The notes under the pieces are model-generated. The model searched no databases, had not been told where the DNA came from, and saw nothing but the letters and a program-made list of their open reading frames with translations. The position numbers and the translations under genes were made by a program. A stretch of 64,000 bases of DNA, from assembly GCA_963806185.1 (NCBI GenBank), contig CAWDXE010000007.1, positions 192,001 through 256,000 on the forward strand, read 5' to 3'. Shown here piece after piece: positions 20,424 through 30,075 of the stretch. Positions within the stretch are counted from its first letter, which is position 1. The number at the start of each line of letters is the position of its first letter. This stretch comes from an uncultured candidate division Zixibacteria bacterium (GTDB taxonomy: Bacteria > Zixibacteria > MSB-5A5 > GN15 > FEB-12).

Positions 20424-22736
20424 ATGTCTGGGAGAACCCCAACCTGGGTCTTGCCGGGGATGCTTGTAGGCGTCATTCTCGGCGGACTGCTCGGCTTCTA
20501 CCTACCTGATGTCATGCTCTCGGCGAGCTTTGTAGGTAAGCTGTTTACCAACGCCTTACGTATGCTGGTGATCCCGCTTTTGGTGGGCACCTTGATTGTC
20601 GGAATCGGCCAGATCGCCGACAATCGCCGTCTCGGTCAAATCAGCGGGATGGCACTTGTGTATTACCTTGGTACAACGCTATTGGCGGCCATAGTGGCTG
20701 TCGTCACGGTCAGTCTTCTGTCGCCGGGTGTGGGAGCGAACCTGGTCGGACTGGATTCCATGCCCAATCTTCCGAGCGCCGGCGGTCGATCGCTCACCGG
20801 CATTCTGGGGTCCATTTTTCCGGAGAACATTATCCGCGCCATCATCGAAGGGCAGTATCTCGCGATTGCGGTGTTTGCCGGATTGCTCGGCGTGGCTCTG
20901 ACGTGGCTGGCGTCACGCGGGCGAAGTGTCGTGTCGTTCTTTATGGAAGTCAACGACGCACTTATCCGCCTCGTGTCGTTTGTCATGTATGCAGCCCCGG
21001 TCGGTTTACTGTTTCTGATGGGTGGCGTGGTAGCCAACAGCCGGAGTTCGTTTGGCGAAATGGCCGGCACGCTCGGCATGTACACGCTCACCATAGTGGC
21101 CGTGCTTCTCGTCATCGGCGCAGTGATTTTCCCGCTCATTTTCATTGCGGTCACCAAGCGGAGTCTCGGCTCTTATCTGAACAACATGTCGACAGCCCTG
21201 ACAACGGCGTTTGCGACATCATCGTCTGCCACGGCGTATCCGATCACGTACGACGCTGTAATCGATACCAATCGCGTCGACAGCAAGGTGGCCTCAGTGG
21301 TCCTGCCGATGGGTCTTGGTTTGAACATGGCGGCGACGGCGGCCTATCTGGTCGTGGCGACCGTGTTTGCCGCACAGGCGTTCGGGGTCGACCTTCCGTG
21401 GCCCAATCTCATCTTATTGGTTTTGACGTCGTGCGTTGTCTCACTGGGAACGCCCGGGATGCCGTCAGCAGGGTTTCTCCTTTTGACGACTACGTTTACC
21501 ATTGCGGGACTGCCGCCCCAGGCGCTGGTGGCGACCGGGATGATTTTTGCCGTTGACTGGCTTGTCGACCGTCTGCGAAGTACAGTCAATGTCTGCGGCG
21601 ATGCAACGGCCGCGGCCGTTGTCGCCGATGGGGTTGAAGAAATGCGCTCGACCAGCCGCTCTACGATCGGGCGATCCCAGGCCGGCCGCGAAAGAACAGG
21701 TCGTCCTGCGGAGAGCAGAGATTCCAGAGAGGATCGATTTGCCGCCCGTCGCGGCGGCCGATTCGGCCGACCCGATCAACGGCCGGGCCGTGACCGGGTG
21801 GAACGACCGGACAGATCCGAACGTCCGGAGCGGGCCGAACGTCCGGAGCGAGGTGATCGGGGAGATCGTCCGGAACGCGGGGATCGCGGCGATCGGCGTC
21901 CTGGAAGTCGGCCTCGGTTTGACGAACGACCGCGCGACCGTCAGGAACGGACCCGACCCTCGCCGTTCGAAATGCCGGCGTCGACTATGCCGGCGCTCGA
22001 CGAACAGCCATCGGCTCCGGAAATCAGCAAACCGGACCGTCCCGAACCAGTAGATCGTCCCGCCATGTCCGAGCGCTCTGAACCGAGAAATGTCCCGGAG
22101 AGGGGCGAAAGCAAAGAACGTCCCGATCGCAGTGACCGGCCGGAGCGTCCTGAACGGCCGGAAAGGTCCGACCGGGAACCGCGTCGCGATAGATATGACC
22201 GCCGCGGCCGCGGGCGATTCGGAGACCGAGATCGCGGTGGGCGCCCCGACGGAACCGAAGGAGGCGGACCGCGACCACCCCGTGCTCCATATGTAAGGGA
22301 ATCATCAGGTGCAACAGCGCCAGGCGAAATGGAAGATCCGAGCATCGAGGTGAAGCCCGAATCCTTCGAGCCGGCCGAGTCGCCACGTGCCTCCGAGCCA
22401 GCCCCGTTGGCCGAGACACTACGTCCGATTCGGCCGACCGAGCCGACGGAAACGGCAGTGCCGACTCCTCCGCAGAGCCGGCGTCCGTTTGAGCGCTCCG
22501 AACCGGCACGCACGAGTGAACAGGAGGGGGCCAGAGAGTCGACGTCGAACGAGAGCACCCAACAAGAAGGTTCACAGGAGTGGGGGCGCGGTGTGAAACG
22601 GAGGGGTAGAATGGTGGGTGGAGAACACTCCGCTGAAGAGACTCCTGCTACCCCAACGCCTGAACCGACATCCAGTTTTTCCGCGGAGAATATCGAATTT
22701 GGAGGGCGGGGGCGGAAACGCAAACCAATTGTCTGA
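20424..22736 (+). CDS. Dicarboxylate/amino acid:cation symporter (DAACS/GltP family) with long disordered C-terminal extension
   Basis: GKLFTNALRMLVIPL, FPENII, ATSSSATAYP, PMGLGLNMAAT, DWLVDRLRSTVNVCGDA, then a ~365-aa R/D/E/P-rich tail. ATG 20424 follows aggacg. Confidence 0.9.
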   Translation: MSGRTPTWVLPGMLVGVILGGLLGFYLPDVMLSASFVGKLFTNALRMLVIPLLVGTLIVGIGQIADNRRLGQISGMALVYYLGTTLLAAIVAVVTVSLLSPGVGANLVGLDSMPNLPSAGGRSLTGILGSIFPENIIRAIIEGQYLAIAVFAGLLGVALTWLASRGRSVVSFFMEVNDALIRLVSFVMYAAPVGLLFLMGGVVANSRSSFGEMAGTLGMYTLTIVAVLLVIGAVIFPLIFIAVTKRSLGSYLNNMSTALTTAFATSSSATAYPITYDAVIDTNRVDSKVASVVLPMGLGLNMAATAAYLVVATVFAAQAFGVDLPWPNLILLVLTSCVVSLGTPGMPSAGFLLLTTTFTIAGLPPQALVATGMIFAVDWLVDRLRSTVNVCGDATAAAVVADGVEEMRSTSRSTIGRSQAGRERTGRPAESRDSREDRFAARRGGRFGRPDQRPGRDRVERPDRSERPERAERPERGDRGDRPERGDRGDRRPGSRPRFDERPRDRQERTRPSPFEMPASTMPALDEQPSAPEISKPDRPEPVDRPAMSERSEPRNVPERGESKERPDRSDRPERPERPERSDREPRRDRYDRRGRGRFGDRDRGGRPDGTEGGGPRPPRAPYVRESSGATAPGEMEDPSIEVKPESFEPAESPRASEPAPLAETLRPIRPTEPTETAVPTPPQSRRPFERSEPARTSEQEGARESTSNESTQQEGSQEWGRGVKRRGRMVGGEHSAEETPATPTPEPTSSFSAENIEFGGRGRKRKPIV

Positions 22737-22764
22737 TCGCTTTGGCTAACTAGTTATCGGACAT

Positions 22765-22799
22765 AAGGCCCGAACCGCCATACTGGCAGTTTGGGCCTT
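22765..22799 (+). terminator. Hairpin after the DAACS gene (probable terminator)
   Basis: aaggcccgaaccgcca-tac-tggcagtttgggcctt; weak T tract. Confidence 0.5.
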
Positions 22800-22908
22800 C
22801 CGATTTTGCGGAACTTTGAGAACTGAGTTTCGCTATATCTGGTGGAGAAAGTAGTTGACCGGCATCGTGCCGGTCGGTTAACTGATCCCAGGAGCTACGA
22901 GAGAGAAT

Positions 22909-23778
22909 ATGAATAGTGTAAAAGTTGCCCTATTGATGGCTGTGCTGCTGATCCTGTTCATGTGGGTCGGCGGTATCGTCGGGGGGCGTAACGGCATGAT
23001 CTTGGCGTTCGCGATGGCGACTCTGATCAATGTCGGAACGTACTGGTTTTCGGATAAGATTGTTTTGAAGATGTACGGCGCGCGCGAAGTGACCGAGGCT
23101 GATCATCCGAGACTTGTTCGCATTGTCAAACGGGTGACCACGGCGTCATTGATGCCGATGCCAAGAGTGTATATTGTGCCGAGCAAGGCGCCGAACGCTT
23201 TTGCGACGGGACGTAATGCCGAAAATGCCGCGGTGGCGGCGACGGAAGGCATTTTGGAGTTGCTCGATGACAGTGAACTCGAAGGCGTGATTGGCCATGA
23301 AGTCGCCCATATACAGAATAAGGACATGCTGATCGGGACGATCGCGGCAACTTTTGCCGGGGCCATCGGCATGTTGGCGAGTTTTGCCAGATGGGGCGCA
23401 ATCTTCGGTGGAGTGAGCCGTGATGGAGAGCGCGGGAGTAATCCGATTGCGCTGCTGGTTGCGGCGATTGTGGCGCCTTTGGCGGCGATGCTGATTCAAA
23501 CGGCCATCTCGCGTCAGCGTGAGTACAAGGCGGATGCCGAGGGTGCCCGTATCACGGGTAAGTATCTGCCTTTGGCGTCAGCGTTGCAGAAGCTGCACGC
23601 GTCACCCAAACGCGCTCTGCTGGGTGAACATAAGTCTACGGCCAATCTGATGATCGCGAATCCGCTTTCCGGAAGCGGGATCATGCATCTGTTTTCGACG
23701 CACCCGCCGGTTGAAGAGCGCGTTAAGCGGCTTCAGGAGCTGGCGATGAATCCGCCGGCGACGGTCTACCCGGGTTGA
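22909..23778 (+). CDS. htpX: Zinc metalloprotease HtpX (M48)
   Basis: PNAFATGR, HEVAH, ISRQREYKAD, LFSTHPP. Confidence 0.95.
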   Translation: MNSVKVALLMAVLLILFMWVGGIVGGRNGMILAFAMATLINVGTYWFSDKIVLKMYGAREVTEADHPRLVRIVKRVTTASLMPMPRVYIVPSKAPNAFATGRNAENAAVAATEGILELLDDSELEGVIGHEVAHIQNKDMLIGTIAATFAGAIGMLASFARWGAIFGGVSRDGERGSNPIALLVAAIVAPLAAMLIQTAISRQREYKADAEGARITGKYLPLASALQKLHASPKRALLGEHKSTANLMIANPLSGSGIMHLFSTHPPVEERVKRLQELAMNPPATVYPG

Positions 23779-23833
23779 TGCTTCGGTATGTCACCCGATA
23801 ATCCTTCAAGTAGCACCGGGGCGGTCTGCCTGT

Positions 23834-25153
23834 ATGGATGACCGCCTCTGGATAGAGATCGGTGCAATTTGTGTGCTCGTGTTAGCGAACGCATTCTTCG
23901 CGCTGGCCGAGTTCTCGATCATTGCCAGCCGAAAGAGCAAACTTCAGCAGGAAATTCAGGATCGCAAATCCGGGGCCCTGGCTGCCGCGCGCCTGCATGG
24001 TAATCCCGAGAGTTTTCTCGCGACTATTCAGGTGGGTATTACGCTGGTCGGCGCCCTGCTGGGGGTTTTCAGCGGTGCGACACTGGTCACACGGCTGGAG
24101 CAGATCATCAGAGCGGTGCCCTTATCCGGCATTGCCGAGTACGCCACGCCAATCGCTTTTGGTCTCGTCGTGTTTGTGTTGACTATCCTGAGCGTAGTCA
24201 TTGGCGAGCTCCTCCCGAAGTACATTGCCCTGTCGCATCCGGAGCGCTTCGCGCGCCTGATCGCTCCCCCGATTACGCTGTTCCTGAGAGTTACCGCGGT
24301 GTTTGCACGATTTCTCGGTTATCTGGCGCGGCTGATTGCCGGGCTGTTGGGCGTGCGGCGCGACGCCTCTCAGAACGCGATCACCGAGGATGAAATCAAT
24401 CACATGATCATCGAGGGAATGGAGAAGGGAATCTTCGACGAGACCGAGCAGGAATTAATTCGGTCGGCCTTTTCATTTTCCGACTCGACTGTCCGTCGCG
24501 CGATGCGTCCGCGCACCGATGTCGTGGCGATCGACGTGAATGCAACGCCGGAGCAGGTTCAGAAGATCATCTTCGACAGCAACTACAGTCGCTATCCCGT
24601 GTACGAACGCACGATCGATAATATCGTCGGTGTACTCTATGTGAAAGATCTGATTAGCCGGGCGATCGACTTGAACTCCATTTCCCTTCGAGATTTCCTT
24701 CGCAAACCGCTTTTTGTTCCTGAGTCGATGGAATTGTCCCGCTTGCTGACTGAACTCAAGAAGGGTTCGACCCACCTTGCCATTATCCTGGATGAGTTCG
24801 GCGGCACGGCCGGGATCGCCACGATTGAAGATGTGCTCGAGGAGATAGTCGGCGAAATCCAGGACGAATACGATGCGGAGCTGCCTCCGGTGGTGAAGCA
24901 TTCGGACACGATCGCGTACGTCGACGGGGCGGTCTGGCCCGGCGAAATTAACGAATTGCTCGGAGTGCATCTTCCGGAAGAGACAGCTGACACCATAGCG
25001 GGGCTGTTTATCGAGGAGGTCGGTCATCTGCCGGATCGATACGAATCAGCTCGCATTGCCGACGTGAAGTTGACGATTCTCGCGAAAGACCGTAATCGGG
25101 TCCTGCGGATGAAGATTGAAAAGGTGGTTGCGGGAGCAGCCTCCGCCGAGTAG
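23834..25153 (+). CDS. CNNM-CBS-CorC (HlyC/CorC, hemolysin family) membrane protein
   Basis: NAFFALAEFS, TIQVGIT, GELLPK, YSRYPVY, DEFGGTAGIATIEDVLEEIVGEIQDEYD. Confidence 0.92.
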   Translation: MDDRLWIEIGAICVLVLANAFFALAEFSIIASRKSKLQQEIQDRKSGALAAARLHGNPESFLATIQVGITLVGALLGVFSGATLVTRLEQIIRAVPLSGIAEYATPIAFGLVVFVLTILSVVIGELLPKYIALSHPERFARLIAPPITLFLRVTAVFARFLGYLARLIAGLLGVRRDASQNAITEDEINHMIIEGMEKGIFDETEQELIRSAFSFSDSTVRRAMRPRTDVVAIDVNATPEQVQKIIFDSNYSRYPVYERTIDNIVGVLYVKDLISRAIDLNSISLRDFLRKPLFVPESMELSRLLTELKKGSTHLAIILDEFGGTAGIATIEDVLEEIVGEIQDEYDAELPPVVKHSDTIAYVDGAVWPGEINELLGVHLPEETADTIAGLFIEEVGHLPDRYESARIADVKLTILAKDRNRVLRMKIEKVVAGAASAE

Positions 25154-25373
25154 TCCTGGCGCTCAAGGACGACAGGGCGCAGGCCCGCATTTGAAGAAGT
25201 AATCTGCAAGACAGAGCAAATCAACGAGGCTCGCCTCACCGTCGCAATTGGGATCGCCGGCCTCCAGCAGCTCCGGTTTGATCTGACAGCCTAAATACTA
25301 ATCGTTCAACTCGACCAGGTCGTGCAAGTCCAGACCGACGTCACTGTCGGCATCACCGCAGATCGAATTGTGA

Positions 25374-25402
25374 TTGTGCCCCAGCCACTTAGATGGTACA
25401 TT
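25374..25402 (+). promoter_or_regulatory. Extended -10 promoter 6 nt before the rarA ATG (leaderless candidate)
   Basis: TTGTGC-17 bp-TACATT with upstream TG, then ccaacg-ATG; no SD. Confidence 0.55.
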
Positions 25403-25408
25403 CCAACG

Positions 25409-26785
25409 ATGGACCTGTTCGGAAAGGACAAACCCTCGGCGCGGTCAGAACGGCCAACCGGACTTCCTCCTCTAGCTGACCGGATGCGTCCGCAATCATT
25501 CGACGAATTCGTCGGCCAAGAGAAGATCGTCGGGCCCGGGACGCCCTTGCGTAAGGCGATAGAGCAGGACAAGGTTGGATCGCTGATTTTCTGGGGGCCG
25601 CCCGGTTCGGGCAAGACGACGCTCGCCGAATTGATTGCGCGTTCGACCCGGGGACAGTTTGTCCATTTCTCGGCCGTGAGCTCGGGCATTAGAGATGTCA
25701 AAGAGGTGCTGTCAAAGGCGGGTGGTTACTTTCAGTCGAGCGGACGTCGGACCTACATCTTCATAGATGAAATTCATCGCTTCAACAAGGCCCAGCAGGA
25801 CGCCTTCCTTCCCTACGTGGAAAAGGGGGACGTCATCCTGATTGGTGCCACGACGGAGAATCCGTCGTTTGAGGTCAATGCCGCGCTGCTTTCTCGTATG
25901 CGCGTACACGTGCTGAATCGCCTGGGCGAGCCTGAGATTCGCGTCCTTCTGGAGCGTGCCTTGACCGACGGCGAGCGCGGCCTCGGCCATATGAACCTGA
26001 CCGTTGACCAAGCAGCGCTTGAGCTCATGGCGGTTGCGGCCGACGGCGACGCACGGCGAGGGCTGACCCTGCTGGAAACAACGGCCACGTATATCGGCGC
26101 CGATGGAAAGATCACGGTCGAAATTGCGCGCGATGTCCACCAGAAGGGTGTGCTTCTCTATGACAAGTCAGGGGAAGAGCACTTCAACATCATCTCCGCG
26201 CTGCACAAGACAATTCGTGGCGGGGATCCTGATGCCGCCCTGTACTGGCTGGCGCGCATGTTGGCGGCCGGGGAGGACCCGATGTACGTTATCAGGCGAT
26301 TGGTCCGTTTTGCCGTTGAAGACGTGGGCTTGGCTGATCCGTATGCTTTGACTCTGACACTCAATGCTCGCGACACCTATCATTTCCTCGGCTCGCCGGA
26401 GGGGGAGCTGGCTATCGCTGAAGCGGTGGTATACATGGCCTGTTCTCCCAAGTCCAACGCTATCTACACGGCGTTCGGCGAGGCGATGAAAGACGCCAAC
26501 GAGCATGGTTCGTTGCCCGTGCCGTTGTCCATTCGAAATGCCCCGACCGGACTGATGAAGGCGCTGGATTACGGTAAGGATTACCGGTACGCCCATGACT
26601 ACAAGGACGGACTTACGGGGCAGGAGTACTTTCCGGATCAACTGGCGGGGACGGTATACTATCATCCGCGACCGGTGGGTAAAGAGGCGCGGATGGTCGA
26701 GTATATCAGCAAATACCGGGAATTCCGGAAGCAGGCGAATGAAGACCCGGCGCTCGTCAAACCGGCTGAGCGGAAAAAAACCTGA
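25409..26785 (+). CDS. rarA: Replication-associated recombination protein A (MgsA/RarA AAA+ ATPase)
   Basis: PLADRMRP, WGPPGSGKTT, IDEIHRFNKAQQD, GATTENPSF, SPKSN. Confidence 0.95.
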   Translation: MDLFGKDKPSARSERPTGLPPLADRMRPQSFDEFVGQEKIVGPGTPLRKAIEQDKVGSLIFWGPPGSGKTTLAELIARSTRGQFVHFSAVSSGIRDVKEVLSKAGGYFQSSGRRTYIFIDEIHRFNKAQQDAFLPYVEKGDVILIGATTENPSFEVNAALLSRMRVHVLNRLGEPEIRVLLERALTDGERGLGHMNLTVDQAALELMAVAADGDARRGLTLLETTATYIGADGKITVEIARDVHQKGVLLYDKSGEEHFNIISALHKTIRGGDPDAALYWLARMLAAGEDPMYVIRRLVRFAVEDVGLADPYALTLTLNARDTYHFLGSPEGELAIAEAVVYMACSPKSNAIYTAFGEAMKDANEHGSLPVPLSIRNAPTGLMKALDYGKDYRYAHDYKDGLTGQEYFPDQLAGTVYYHPRPVGKEARMVEYISKYREFRKQANEDPALVKPAERKKT

Positions 26786-26808
26786 ACTCAAGATTACCCC
26801 TGATGTGT

Positions 26809-28080
26809 ATGAAAGAAATGCGCCGAGTACTAACGTTACTATGTATCGTCCTGGGTCTGCCGTGGGTCGCGACGGCGAATTCAATTCTCATTCCGATGGA
26901 CGAATCTCAGACTGACCATCTCAAAGCCTATGGTGTAATATACAAGGCGCTCGAGTTGGGAAGGCAGTGCCAATGGCTGCTAAATTATCGGGGGGGATCG
27001 TTCCTGATAGACTACTCGAAGGATATTGCCGACCTATGTCTTTTGCGTGGTGTTTCGGCCGAAGATGTCTCTTCGGGCACCGTAGCCGACATCTATTCCC
27101 AGATCGAGGTCTCCAACATGGAGCGGGTCGAACTGCAGAAGGCGCCCAGTATCGCCGTCTATGTGCCGCCGTCGTATCAGCCGTGGGACGATGCGGTCAC
27201 GCTGGCGTTGACCTACGCGGAGATTCCGTACAAGAGTATCTGGGATGAAGACGTGCTCAACGGTTCGCTGGATGATTATGACTGGCTGCACTGCCATCAC
27301 GAGGATTTCACCGGCCAATATGGGAAGTTCTTTGCCGCCTTCCGCAATCAGCTCTGGTATCAGGCCGACGTCCGCGCCAACGAGGAAATGGCCAGAAAGC
27401 TCGGCTATCGGAAGGTGTCGGAGATGAAGCGCGACGTGGTGAACAAAGTGTACGATTATGTGCGGCGGGGCGGCTTTTTGTTCTCAATGTGCTCGGCGCC
27501 GGAGACGATGGATATGGCACTGGCGGCAAATGGCGTTGACATCGTGCCACAGGAGTTCGACGGCGACCCGGTCGATCCGGGGGCGCAGTCGAAGCTCGAT
27601 TTCACGCGCACCTTTGCCTTCGAGAATTTCACTATCAATATTGATCCGATGGTCTACCAGCGTTCAAACATTGATACGTACCCCGATCGGCTGGTCAGGT
27701 TTATTGACCCCAAGGACGATTTCTTCTTCCTGTTTGAATTCTCGGCCAAGCTCGACCCGGTGCCGACGATGCTGGTTCAGGACCACACGTCGACAGTGAA
27801 CGGATTCATGGGACAGGTGACTGGTTTTCGCAAGTCGCTGCTCAAAAAGCATGTCACGATACTTGCCCAACCCGACAACTACGACGAGGTGCGGTATATC
27901 CACGGTAATCTGGGGCGTGGGACATTCACCTTCATGTCCGGTCACGATCCCGAGGATTATCAGCATATGGTCAACGACCCGCCTACGGATCTGTCGTTAT
28001 TCAAGAACTCTCCCGGTTACCGACTGATTCTCAATAATGTTCTGTTCCCAGCCGCGAAGAAGAAGGAACGAAAGACCTAG
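26809..28080 (+). CDS. Conserved secreted protein of unknown function (family often labelled asparagine synthetase B; class I GATase-like features)
   Basis: Signal peptide, LIPMDESQTDHLKAYG, DWLHCHHEDFTGQYGKF, FSMCSA, GHDPEDYQH, NSPGYRLILNNVLFPAAKKK; no Ntn Cys1 or ATP-pyrophosphatase motif. Confidence 0.7.
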   Translation: MKEMRRVLTLLCIVLGLPWVATANSILIPMDESQTDHLKAYGVIYKALELGRQCQWLLNYRGGSFLIDYSKDIADLCLLRGVSAEDVSSGTVADIYSQIEVSNMERVELQKAPSIAVYVPPSYQPWDDAVTLALTYAEIPYKSIWDEDVLNGSLDDYDWLHCHHEDFTGQYGKFFAAFRNQLWYQADVRANEEMARKLGYRKVSEMKRDVVNKVYDYVRRGGFLFSMCSAPETMDMALAANGVDIVPQEFDGDPVDPGAQSKLDFTRTFAFENFTINIDPMVYQRSNIDTYPDRLVRFIDPKDDFFFLFEFSAKLDPVPTMLVQDHTSTVNGFMGQVTGFRKSLLKKHVTILAQPDNYDEVRYIHGNLGRGTFTFMSGHDPEDYQHMVNDPPTDLSLFKNSPGYRLILNNVLFPAAKKKERKT

Positions 28081-28106
28081 TTTGCCGGATTACCAATAAA
28101 ACGACT

Positions 28107-28137
28107 GCCGGTGCATTGCCTGTGCACCGGCTTTTTT
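28107..28137 (+). terminator. Intrinsic terminator
   Basis: gccggtgca-ttgcctg-tgcaccggc-tttttt. Confidence 0.8.
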
Positions 28138-28184
28138 GCCTTTGGCCGTCGACGCTCGAGCAGACAAACCGGGCGACGATCAAT

Positions 28185-28310
28185 TCAGGCTTGGGATTGG
28201 TCCTTGCGCTTGGCCGCACGAAACGCCATTATCACCATAGCTATCGTGACCGGCACGAGCAACACTGCGAGCGCGAACATGACGATGAGCATTTTCAGAC
28301 CGACAGACAT
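28185..28310 (-). CDS. 41-aa single-pass small membrane protein (not in the ORF track)
   Basis: MSVGLKMLIVMFALAVLLVPVTIAMVIMAFRAAKRKDQSQA; gaggtg SD; hydrophobic helix followed by basic residues. Confidence 0.6.
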   Translation of the reverse strand: MSVGLKMLIVMFALAVLLVPVTIAMVIMAFRAAKRKDQSQA

Positions 28311-28561
28311 GGGTCACCTCTCTTCGAGGAGACACAGCTGCGGCGCCGACTGAACCGGGTACAGCGCCACATGCAAGTGGTCCTCACGTGGTGTAATCGA
28401 TATCGGATCTTCTATCTAAAAACGTCGAGTCAATGTCGCGTTCGCGAGGGTCGTCGGAAAAGTGGTGCTCGTTGTACGATTTGAGTTGACAATAACGACC
28501 ACTTTTGTATTGTTAACATACGTCTTAAAGAAAATCGTGCAAGAGGAAAAACGGGAATCAT

Positions 28562-29302
28562 ATGCCCAAAATTCCACAACAGGTTCTTCCGATCGTGTTG
28601 ATTTTCTCGTTTCTCATTGCGGCGCTTTTAGTTGGGCGGGCGATTCTGATCCCCAAAACGTTTGGAGATTTCGGTTTCTACCGTGCCGCTGCGCTCGGCG
28701 AGATCTCAGCTTTGCCCCAATCATATGCCGGTGGGCGTGTGTGCGGGGATTGTCACACTGATGAGTGGGAAGCCAAACAGGGGTCGCACCATGCCTCTGT
28801 CGCATGCGAATCTTGTCACGGACCCGCATTCGCCCATACGGAGAGCCCGGATGAGGTTCAGCCAAAGGTCAATTCGGGTCGCGACGCCTGTACTATCTGT
28901 CATGGGTACAACATATCGCGGCCATCCGGTTTCCCGCAAATTCAGGCTGATCTGCACAACGCCGGTCAAAAATGCATCATTTGCCACAACGCCCATGCCC
29001 CTGAGTTGCCGAGCGCGCCGGGAGAATGTGCCGCCTGCCATCGAACAATTGCCAACCAAAAGCGGGTATCCCGTCATGCCGCACTGGGGTGTGAGACCTG
29101 CCATCCAGTACCGGCGGAGCATAAGATATCACCTCGCACGGCCAAGGCCCAGCGACCGACATCGCAGGAAGTATGTCTGAAATGCCATGCGGGGACGGCT
29201 GCTCTACCGCTTGAGGCGCCGCAAATTGATGCTTCGACCCACGGGGGGAGTTACCTTTGCTGGGAATGCCATTACCCTCACGATCCGGAGGCGAACCGAT
29301 GA
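28562..29302 (+). CDS. Membrane-anchored octaheme c-type cytochrome
   Basis: Eight CxxCH motifs (CGDCH, CESCH, CTICH, CIICH, CAACH, CETCH, CLKCH, CWECH) and an N-terminal TM helix. Confidence 0.9.
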   Translation: MPKIPQQVLPIVLIFSFLIAALLVGRAILIPKTFGDFGFYRAAALGEISALPQSYAGGRVCGDCHTDEWEAKQGSHHASVACESCHGPAFAHTESPDEVQPKVNSGRDACTICHGYNISRPSGFPQIQADLHNAGQKCIICHNAHAPELPSAPGECAACHRTIANQKRVSRHAALGCETCHPVPAEHKISPRTAKAQRPTSQEVCLKCHAGTAALPLEAPQIDASTHGGSYLCWECHYPHDPEANR

Positions 29303-30072
29303 AACCAGAAGTACCAGACATGCCTCGCCGGGAGTTCCTGGAAACGCTGGCGGTCAAAGTGCCGCTTTGGCTCGCCTTTGCGACAGCCGTGCCGCGGTTT
29401 GTTGCCGAAGCAGCTTCGGACGATACACCCTACGATGCAACCAAGCACCTCTATGCGATGGGTGTCGATATCGACAAATGCATCGGCTGCGCCCGGTGTG
29501 TGGATGCCTGCAAGACAGAAAACCATGTTCCGCGCGAGCCGTATTTTTTTCGCACGTGGATTGAGCGGTATCTGATTCCAATGAATGGTGACGCGATTGT
29601 CGACAGCCCCAACGGCGGGCTGGACGGATTTCCCGAGGTCCACAGCGACGTCGCAATTCGTCGTTCATTCTTTGTCCCAAAACTCTGCAATCATTGCGCC
29701 AATCCGCCCTGCGTGCAGGTCTGTCCGGTCGGCGCGACCTTTTCATCGCCCGACGGCGTAGTGCTGGTTGATGGAGAGTATTGTGTGGGGTGTCGGTACT
29801 GCATCCAGGCCTGTCCGTATGGAGCTCGGTATCTTGATCCAGTCCGAAAGGTCGCCGACAAATGCACCTTCTGCTATCATCGCATCACCAAGGGGGGGCT
29901 GCCGGCCTGCGTTGAGGTATGTCCGACCGGTGCACGAATATTCGGCGAGCGCAATGAGTTGAGTTCGCCGATTCAGCGATTCCTTCGCTTCAACGACGTC
30001 ACGGTCCTCAAGCAGTGGCTGAATACGGCTCCCAAGGTGTTTTACGCCAACGCTGACATGGAGGTGAGGTAA
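29299..30072 (+). CDS. Tat-exported 4Fe-4S protein (NrfC/PsrB/TtrB family)
   Basis: PRREFL twin-Arg; CIGCARCVDAC, CNHCANPPCVQVCP, CVGCRYCIQACPY, KCTFCYHR..PACVEVCP; ATGA overlap with the upstream gene. Confidence 0.92.
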   Translation: MKPEVPDMPRREFLETLAVKVPLWLAFATAVPRFVAEAASDDTPYDATKHLYAMGVDIDKCIGCARCVDACKTENHVPREPYFFRTWIERYLIPMNGDAIVDSPNGGLDGFPEVHSDVAIRRSFFVPKLCNHCANPPCVQVCPVGATFSSPDGVVLVDGEYCVGCRYCIQACPYGARYLDPVRKVADKCTFCYHRITKGGLPACVEVCPTGARIFGERNELSSPIQRFLRFNDVTVLKQWLNTAPKVFYANADMEVR

Positions 30073-30075
30073 GAC

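Noticed and set aside
21800..22175. Short tandem DNA repeats as a CRISPR array or VNTR
   Set aside because: Imperfect 9-nt coding repeats for RPE/RGD; no constant repeat-spacer pattern and no cas genes.
21941..22723. 260-aa Ser/Gly/Arg-rich ORF on the minus strand
   Set aside because: Antisense shadow of the low-complexity DAACS tail, with no SD or recognisable motifs.
11430..25324. CGACCWGGTCG palindrome at about 11432 and 25313 as an SOS-like operator
   Set aside because: Only two copies, one at a gene 3-prime end; compatible with chance in GC-rich DNA.
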